Shown here one piece after another: positions 56,931-64,000 of a stretch of DNA of 64,000 nt. How positions within the stretch are numbered: position 1 is the first letter of the stretch; every line of letters starts with the position of its first letter. Source of the DNA: Bacteroidales bacterium (GTDB lineage Bacteria > Bacteroidota > Bacteroidia > Bacteroidales > WCHB1-69); the NCBI GenBank assembly GCA_045132055.1, contig JBGURP010000007.1:138946-202945 (forward strand), read 5' to 3'. Under the pieces are notes generated by a model. That model saw nothing but the letters and a program-made list of their open reading frames with translations, did no database searches and was not told the origin of the DNA. The translations under genes and the position numbers were made by a program.

Positions 56931-57611
56931 TTACATCACAAACTTGAACCCAATTCCATGCACGTTGATGATCTGGATGCTGGGTTCACTCTTGAAGTAT
57001 TTTCTCAACTTTGTGATATACACATCCATGTTACGGGCGTTATAATAGCTATCGTCGCCCCAGATCTTCTTCAGCGCATAGCCACGCTCCAACACGTCGT
57101 TTTTCTTCTCCAAGAGCATCTGCAAGAGTTCAGCTTCGCGAGTCGTAATCTTACGCTCTTCACCATCTATAATCAGCAGCTGGCGTTTCTTATCGAACTG
57201 GATGCTGCCCAGTTGGACAATCACCTCCTCCGGCTCCTGGTTGGTGGTACGGCGCAACAGCGCCTGAATGCGAGCCACCAGCACGTCAATGGAGAACGGC
57301 TTGGTGATGTAATCGTCGCCACCGATGGACAAACCTTTAATCATATCCTCTTGCAAATTCTTGGCAGTCAAGAAGATGATTGGAATTTTCTTATCCTGTT
57401 TCCGGATTTCCTGAGCCAGCGTAAAACCATCCATCAGCGGCATCATCACATCAATGATGCAGATGTCAAAATCGCCTTTGCAGAACATCTCGAAGGCAAT
57501 CTCGCCATTGGTGGCATGATGAATTTGATAGCCCTTGCCTGTCAGGTAGGTAGTGAGCACCTTGCCCAGATTAACATCGTCTTCAGCGAAAAGAATTTTT
57601 ACAGGTTCCAT
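56931..57611 (-). CDS. OmpR-family response regulator (RprY-like)
   Basis: Receiver domain (ILFAEDD...DVMMPLMDG...LTAK) plus a winged-helix output domain (LT..E..LL..L). Confidence 0.9.
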   Translation of the reverse strand: MEPVKILFAEDDVNLGKVLTTYLTGKGYQIHHATNGEIAFEMFCKGDFDICIIDVMMPLMDGFTLAQEIRKQDKKIPIIFLTAKNLQEDMIKGLSIGGDDYITKPFSIDVLVARIQALLRRTTNQEPEEVIVQLGSIQFDKKRQLLIIDGEERKITTREAELLQMLLEKKNDVLERGYALKKIWGDDSYYNARNMDVYITKLRKYFKSEPSIQIINVHGIGFKFVM

Positions 57612-57668
57612 GATATAACGATTAGAGATTAGAGATTATAGATTAGAGATGTATGATTATTGATAACC
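57612..57668. repeat. eight GAT-phased heptads (GATTAGA x2, GATTATA, GATTAGA, GATGTAT, GATTATT, GATAACC)
   Basis: Starts right next to the response-regulator ATG and lies between it and the eno stop. Confidence 0.7.
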
Positions 57669-57700
57669 TATAATCGATAAACGATCATCGGTTCAAAAAA

Positions 57701-59002
<1,302 letters not shown>

Positions 59003-59012
59003 TTAAAACGTG

Positions 59013-59020
59013 CAAAGATA
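59013..59020 (-). promoter_or_regulatory. -7 box TATCTTTG for eno
   Basis: Exact TAnnTTTG on the minus strand 23 nt upstream of the eno ATG. Confidence 0.55.
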
Positions 59021-59029
59021 ATAAAAATT

Positions 59030-59205
59030 AGGTAAATGAGGTAAAAGGGGTGAAAGAGATTAAAGGAGAAGATTAGAAGATTAGAAGATTAGAAGATTAG
59101 GAGATTGGGAGATTGGGAGATTAGAAGATAAGGTGGTGAATAGGAGATTAAGTTTTTGAACTTTGAACCTTGAATTCTCAATTCTCAATTCCCTCAATTA
59201 TAATC
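59030..59205. repeat. about 175-nt composite tract of three successive morphing short tandem repeats
   Basis: GGTAAATGA GGTAAAAGG GGTGAAAGA | GAAGATTA x3 GGAGATTG x2 GGAGATTA GAAGATAA | TTTGAAC TTTGAAC CTTGAAT TCTCAAT TCTCAAT TCCCTCAAT. The last block encodes the rsmI C-terminus (IEGIEN*). Confidence 0.8.
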
Positions 59206-59849
59206 ACGAACTCCCCTTTGACTTCGGATTGGGAGAAGTGTGCGACGGCTTCTTCAAGGGTGCCGCGGAAGGTGTGGGCGTGGATTTTGGAGATTTCCTT
59301 GGAGACGGAGATTTTGCGATCTGGGCCCATGATTTCGAGCATCTTTTCGAGCGATTTTAGCAGGCGGTGGGGAGATTCGTAGAAAACGACCGTCTCTTCC
59401 ATCTCAGCCACGCGCTTGAGGAGGGTTTCCTTGCCCTTCTTGTGCGGGAGAAAGCCGTAGAAGTAGAAGCTGCTACACGGGAGTCCCGACTGCACGAGAG
59501 CCGGCACGAAGGCGGTGGCGCCAGGCAGGCACTCCACCTCGATGTCGTTGGCCACGCACTCGCGCACGAGGAGGAAGCCTGGGTCGGAGATGCCAGGAGT
59601 GCCGGCATCGCTCACGAGGGCCACCTGCTCATGGGTTTTGATTTCGGCAAGGAACCGCGCCATCTGTGCGTGCTCGTTGAAGATGTGGTACGCCATACAG
59701 CGCTTTTCTATCTCATAGTGTTTCAGTAATTTGGCGGTGGTGCGGGTATCCTCGCAGAGGATCAAATCCACGGAGCGCAACACATTGAGCGCCCGGAGGG
59801 TGATGTCCTCCAGGTTGCCAATAGGGGTAGGAACGATGAAGAGTTTCAT
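59178..59849 (-). CDS. rsmI: 16S rRNA (cytidine1402-2'-O)-methyltransferase
   Basis: 223 aa. The N-terminal LFIVPTPIGNLEDITLRAL..L.....ILCEDTR motif matches the tetrapyrrole-methylase-fold RsmI. Confidence 0.9.
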   Translation of the reverse strand: MKLFIVPTPIGNLEDITLRALNVLRSVDLILCEDTRTTAKLLKHYEIEKRCMAYHIFNEHAQMARFLAEIKTHEQVALVSDAGTPGISDPGFLLVRECVANDIEVECLPGATAFVPALVQSGLPCSSFYFYGFLPHKKGKETLLKRVAEMEETVVFYESPHRLLKSLEKMLEIMGPDRKISVSKEISKIHAHTFRGTLEEAVAHFSQSEVKGEFVIIIEGIEN

Positions 59850-59868
59850 TGTAATCGCATTTGAAGTG

Positions 59869-59876
59869 CAAAGATA
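59869..59876 (-). promoter_or_regulatory. -7 box TATCTTTG for rsmI
   Basis: Exact TAnnTTTG on the minus strand 20 nt upstream of the rsmI ATG. Confidence 0.5.
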
Positions 59877-59918
59877 AAAAAATGTAGGGGCGAATAATTA
59901 TTCGCCCCTACATTTTTT
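59874..59918. terminator. bidirectional intrinsic terminator
   Basis: 32-nt perfect palindrome ATGTAGGGGCGAATAATTATTCGCCCCTACAT flanked by an A-run and a T-run. Confidence 0.85.
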
Positions 59919-59921
59919 CAG

Positions 59922-60003
59922 TGCCCGGAACAGGACTTGAACCTGCACGCCTTTCGGCACACGCACCTGAAACGTGCGCGTCTACCACTTCCGCCATCCG
60001 GGC
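59922..60003 (-). tRNA. tRNA-Leu (anticodon CAG), type II
   Basis: Hand-folded: acceptor GCCCGGA/TCCGGGC, anticodon arm CACGT-TTCAGGT-GCGTG, 13-nt variable arm, T arm GCAGG-TTCAAGT-CCTGT. Confidence 0.9.
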
Positions 60004-60005
60004 AG

Positions 60006-60980
60006 TTAGTAAATACCCTCCTTGATGATATCGTGGAGATGAATCACTCCGAGATACCGGTCTCCGCTGTCCAGAACGAAGAGGTTCGTGATGTTCTTGC
60101 TCTTCATCAGTTCCAGCGCGTCCACGACGAGGGTGTCTTCGTGGACCGATTTCGGTTGTTTGGTCATCACATCCTGTGCGGTAAGTTGGCTGTAGTCGGG
60201 ATTGCGTTCCAGCATTCGCCGGAGATCGCCGTCGGTGATGGCGCCCACCACCTTCTCATCCTCAACCACGGCCGTGACGCCGAGGCACTTGCCGGAGATT
60301 TCCAGAATCACCGTCTGCATCGGGTCAGTGGGGGCCACCATGGGAACGTCGTTGAACTTGTACAAGTCCTTGACCTTCATATAGAGGCGTTTCCCCAGAA
60401 TGCCACCCGGGTGGAGCTGTGCGAAATCTTCGGAAGTGAAGCCGCGCAGTTTGATCAGGGTGGAGGCAAGGGCGTCGCCCAGGGCCAGCTGCGCCGTGGA
60501 GCTGCAGGTGGGGGCCAGGTTGTTGGGGCTCGCTTCGCGTTCCACCGTGCAGTTGAGCACATAATGCGCTTCGTGAGCCAGATGCGACTCCGTATTGCCG
60601 ACCATTGCAATCAGGATGTTGCCATTTTTCTTCAGAAAGGGCGTCAACAATGAAATTTCAGGTGTATTGCCGCTCTTGGATATGCAAAGAACCACATCGT
60701 CGGGCTGAATCATGCCCAGATCCCCATGAATGGCGTCCGCCGCGTGCATGAAGACCGCCGGTGTTCCCGTGGAGTTGAGCGTGGCGACAATCTTCTGTCC
60801 TATAATCGCGCTCTTCCCGATTCCGGTTACGATGACCCGGCCTTTTGAATGCAAAATCGTTTCCACACTTTTCGCAAAATCATCCGAAAGATACTGTTGG
60901 AGTTTCTGTACGGCGTCGGCCTCCTCCTGCAACACCTTTGCGGCGTAGTTGATTATGCTGTTGTTGTCTTTCAAATCCAC
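60006..60980 (-). CDS. kpsF: KpsF/GutQ family arabinose-5-phosphate isomerase
   Basis: SIS domain (GRVIVTGIGKSAIIG) followed by tandem CBS domains. Confidence 0.85.
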   Translation of the reverse strand: MDLKDNNSIINYAAKVLQEEADAVQKLQQYLSDDFAKSVETILHSKGRVIVTGIGKSAIIGQKIVATLNSTGTPAVFMHAADAIHGDLGMIQPDDVVLCISKSGNTPEISLLTPFLKKNGNILIAMVGNTESHLAHEAHYVLNCTVEREASPNNLAPTCSSTAQLALGDALASTLIKLRGFTSEDFAQLHPGGILGKRLYMKVKDLYKFNDVPMVAPTDPMQTVILEISGKCLGVTAVVEDEKVVGAITDGDLRRMLERNPDYSQLTAQDVMTKQPKSVHEDTLVVDALELMKSKNITNLFVLDSGDRYLGVIHLHDIIKEGIY

Positions 60981-60986
60981 GATTCC

Positions 60987-61898
60987 TTATTCTGAATTTT
61001 TAGACTTTTTAGCAGATATGGCACGGCTAAATCTCTCATACTTCCTTCGTGCCATCGCAGTGTCTCCAAAGTAGGTCTTGAAATCCTCCGGAGAGAGGTT
61101 TTCCATCTCCTCATTTTGGAGCTGCAAAAATAATGAACTTTTCAATACATTCGGACGTGAGCCGATATTTTTTTTGTTTTTCGGACAAACCTCCTGGCAA
61201 CGGTCGCAGCCAAACACCAACGGAGCCTCCGCAAGTACCGAATTATCAGGGGTTTTGTTCTCCACCGTCTGATAGGCAAAGCACTTATTCGCATCCACCT
61301 TGTAAGGCGACAAGGCATGCGCGGGACAGCTGTTCACACACAACATGCAGTCGCCGCAGTCGGACTTTTTCGGAGAATCGTACACATCAAACTCGCAAGT
61401 TGTCAGTATGGTGCCGAACACAAAATAGGAACCCTCGTCGTTGTGAACCAGCCCGTTTTTGCCATAGCAGCCCACGCCGGCCTCCACTGCCCAGTTTTTC
61501 TCCGAAATGCAGGAACTATCTACCGTGATACGGCATTGCACCGAAGGGTCAACTTCTGTCATCTTATCCACCACCGTTTGCAACATACGTTTCACCAGCT
61601 GGTGGTAATCCTCAATCCAGGTGTAGCGCGCCATGCGGTACTTGTCGCTGGCGGGCTGCTCGGCAATGCGGTAGTCGAGGGCGCCAACAATGACACTGCG
61701 GCAACCCGGAAGCAGATCTTCTGGGTTAAAGCGCTTATCGACATCCCTTTCCAAGAAGTGCATGTCAGCATGTCTCCCCTCCCCTATGGCGGCTTTGAAT
61801 TGTTCCTCGGCATCGCGCAGCACGTGCGCACGCGCCACGCCCGCACACGAGAAGCCTGCCTCACAACACCATGTCTTCACCTGCTGCGCCTGCATCAT
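60987..61898 (-). CDS. queG: epoxyqueuosine reductase
   Basis: 303 aa with two 4Fe-4S ferredoxin motifs (CGDCMLCVNSCP, CDRCQEVCP) in the QueG arrangement. Confidence 0.85.
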   Translation of the reverse strand: MMQAQQVKTWCCEAGFSCAGVARAHVLRDAEEQFKAAIGEGRHADMHFLERDVDKRFNPEDLLPGCRSVIVGALDYRIAEQPASDKYRMARYTWIEDYHQLVKRMLQTVVDKMTEVDPSVQCRITVDSSCISEKNWAVEAGVGCYGKNGLVHNDEGSYFVFGTILTTCEFDVYDSPKKSDCGDCMLCVNSCPAHALSPYKVDANKCFAYQTVENKTPDNSVLAEAPLVFGCDRCQEVCPKNKKNIGSRPNVLKSSLFLQLQNEEMENLSPEDFKTYFGDTAMARRKYERFSRAISAKKSKNSE

Positions 61899-61901
61899 GA
61901 C

Positions 61902-62546
61902 TTATAGCTTCAACTCTTTGAATTTTTCGGGAATACGGATGCCTGTCGGACCCGGCACATTGAACCGGATAACCTTGAGATGAGCCCGGATTTCCGTCAA
62001 CTGATGCAAATCCTTGAGCACCAACTCCGTGAAAAACGATTGCGTGGAATCCACAGCTGCATAGTCGTGGTACTCGCAGGCAAAGCGCGAGTGTTCCAAC
62101 CGCTCATCCCCATGCCCGTTGAGCACATCCTGCACAAAGGCAAAATCCACGGGCATTTTCAGCAACAGCCTAAGCGGCGCGTAGGTGCCGCAATAGTACT
62201 GATAGGTCAGTTTGTTTACATATTTCACACTGTCCGGGGTGAACACTGCACGCATCACTTCAATGCCGTATGCGCTGACATTCAGATAGATAATGCTGTC
62301 CACGCGGTTCACCATGAAGATATTGCAAGTGCGCGTGCCGCCTGTGTCCACAATGTCGGCCTTGCCACGGTAAGAAAGCCACTGGTAACCGGAAGCCAAC
62401 GGAGGCAGTGTATCAAGTTGATCGAACACTTCTGCCGTTTGTGGTTCAGCACTGTCCTCCGTTTGGGAAAATGCCAAAAGAGGCATCCCAAAAAACAGGA
62501 TGCCCATAAAGGAAAAGTGCACAATATGCTTGAATAATGCTGACAT
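61902..62546 (-). CDS. secreted or lipoprotein-like protein, possibly DUF4292 (LolB-like fold)
   Basis: 214 aa with a signal peptide. The pattern RVDSIIYLNVSAYGIEVMRAVFTPDSV resembles DUF4292. Its ATG overlaps the upstream stop (TAATG). Confidence 0.4.
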   Translation of the reverse strand: MSALFKHIVHFSFMGILFFGMPLLAFSQTEDSAEPQTAEVFDQLDTLPPLASGYQWLSYRGKADIVDTGGTRTCNIFMVNRVDSIIYLNVSAYGIEVMRAVFTPDSVKYVNKLTYQYYCGTYAPLRLLLKMPVDFAFVQDVLNGHGDERLEHSRFACEYHDYAAVDSTQSFFTELVLKDLHQLTEIRAHLKVIRFNVPGPTGIRIPEKFKELKL

Positions 62547-64000
62547 TATCGGATAAGCGTGAATGTACCCGTCACAGCCGGCTGACCGTTGCCACGCAGG
62601 TCATCCATTTGTGTCCAATGGTGAATGTAGTACACATACACCCCCGATGGCATCTCTATGCCATTCGGGTCGCGGCCATCCCAGCCTTCGGCGGGGTTAG
62701 AGGACTTGAACATAAGTCTGCCAGCCCGATCGTAAATAAGCATCAGGTATTTAGCCATTTCAACACCCTCATAAACGGGTTTGAAAACATCATTAAGGCC
62801 GTCATCATTGGGGGTGAAAGCATTCGGCATCACGAAGGAAACTGGCACATATACGCGAACATGCTCGGTCACGGAGTCCCGGCATTCAAATTCATTGGTG
62901 CCGGCAAGGGTAATGTCATACGAGCCCACATGGACAAAATCATGGGAAACAGTGTGCTGGTTCTCCACAATGTTATTTTCTGGATTGTACCGGTCGTTGA
63001 AATTCCACACGATGTCATAATCAGGATCGCAGTTGGTATGGCAAGTAAGGGTTCCAACGCCATGCTCAATAACCACCTCCTCAGGAGAATAGGTGAATGA
63101 AAGTTCCGGAAGCGGGTTCACCTTCACCGTGATAGTGTCCATGGTGAAGCATTCCTCATCATCAGGATGCACGGCCTTGACCACATAATCAGCGGTTGCC
63201 GCAGGACGCACTACCAGCACATCGCTCTCGAGCCCATTGGCCCAACGCAGAATATAGGAGGGTGAGTCCACTGCTGCTACCAAACGCGCCATATCGCCGA
63301 GACAAATCACGGTATCGCCCGTAATAACAGGAACGGCCATGGTGTCCACATTGACGACAGTCTTGGCAGTACGTTGGCAGTTGTTGTCAAAAATAACCTT
63401 CAATTCATATTCTTGGGTTGAGCGAGCCACCAAGCTCAAAGTGTCACTCGTGTCGGTGGTGCTCCAATAATAGTCTTGTGGATGGATATCTGTTGTATCT
63501 CCGAAAACAGGCTTAAGCGTAACCGTTTTCCCTGGGCACACGGTAAGTGTATCCAAGGCTAAATCAGGCACTTCCACACTCACATGAACCGTATCATACA
63601 AGTCGAACGAGTTATTACCTGCATTGGTGAAGTGGTATTTGATAATGTAATCTGTGGTTTGCTGCGGATCCACTGCCAGTTTTTTCGAGTGACCTATGGA
63701 CGTGGAATCAGAGACAGTGTTCTCGAACCATTCGATGGTGGCATCTTCGTCCATCGGGGTGATGGGGGTGAAACGCCAAGCTTCGCTCTGATTCTGCTGA
63801 ACAGACCAACTTGTCATGTCCCTGCCAGGAGCAATTAATATTTGCGAAGAAGTGCTGTTCTGGAGGCCAATAATTCCTTCGTTATTGTTGCTAGGTCCAT
63901 TAGTACTGGCACAGCATTGTCTTTTCTTGACAAAAATGTCAATAATGTTCGTACCTTCATACAGCACCATCTGGTACGTACATTTATTGGAATTATTACC
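62546..64000 (-). CDS. large T9SS type B (gliding-motility-associated C-terminal domain) cargo protein, 5'-truncated by the window edge
   Basis: The ORF is open to position 64000. Ig-like repeats are followed by the CTD motif FTPNDDGLNDVFKP...GVYVYYI. Confidence 0.75.
   Translation of the reverse strand, partial: GNNSNKCTYQMVLYEGTNIIDIFVKKRQCCASTNGPSNNNEGIIGLQNSTSSQILIAPGRDMTSWSVQQNQSEAWRFTPITPMDEDATIEWFENTVSDSTSIGHSKKLAVDPQQTTDYIIKYHFTNAGNNSFDLYDTVHVSVEVPDLALDTLTVCPGKTVTLKPVFGDTTDIHPQDYYWSTTDTSDTLSLVARSTQEYELKVIFDNNCQRTAKTVVNVDTMAVPVITGDTVICLGDMARLVAAVDSPSYILRWANGLESDVLVVRPAATADYVVKAVHPDDEECFTMDTITVKVNPLPELSFTYSPEEVVIEHGVGTLTCHTNCDPDYDIVWNFNDRYNPENNIVENQHTVSHDFVHVGSYDITLAGTNEFECRDSVTEHVRVYVPVSFVMPNAFTPNDDGLNDVFKPVYEGVEMAKYLMLIYDRAGRLMFKSSNPAEGWDGRDPNGIEMPSGVYVYYIHHWTQMDDLRGNGQPAVTGTFTLIR

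Noticed and set aside
59030-59205. Possibility that the repeat tracts are CRISPR arrays or REP/MITE elements
   Set aside because: The units are only 7-9 nt with no intervening unique spacers. They have no dyad symmetry or terminal inverted repeats, and no cas or transposase genes are in the window.

Overview
This 64-kb window looks like a gene-dense chromosomal core region of a Bacteroidota genome, probably Bacteroidales or Prevotella-like. The supporting evidence is: many exact TAnnTTTG -7 promoter boxes, four type IX secretion (T9SS) cargo proteins, the DUF4290 and DUF4270/short-GlgA gene neighbourhoods, and near-absent Shine-Dalgarno sequences. I call about 50 CDSs. They include ppdK, ftsH, cdsA, uvrA, arcC, argF, dapA, lpxC, lpxD, recJ, dnaA, pcm, clpB, fumC, a malic enzyme, a histidine kinase/response regulator pair, eno, rsmI, kpsF and queG. 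I also call three tRNAs (Ser-GCU, Leu-GAG, Leu-CAG), one cobalamin riboswitch and several intrinsic terminators. I saw no transposase, integrase, CRISPR array or rRNA. The most interesting locus is 33.0-35.8 kb. A tRNA-Ser is followed by a roughly 190-nt highly structured trailer bracketed by a 13-nt copy of the tRNA 3' end. Next comes a cobalamin riboswitch that drives a T9SS-sorted secreted protein, rather than a BtuB transporter. The N-terminal domain of that protein resembles the DUF4430/transcobalamin-beta corrinoid-binding fold. A small outer-membrane beta-barrel gene follows. The second recurring signal is a family of strand-asymmetric, gradually morphing 7-9-nt tandem repeats (GATTAGA, GGTGAAAGA, TAACTAC, TTGGCCG, GAAGATTA, TCTCAAT types). 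These fill many intergenic gaps and repeatedly run into the stop codons and last codons of unrelated genes. All functional calls come from reading the translated ORFs and motifs by eye. No database search was run.
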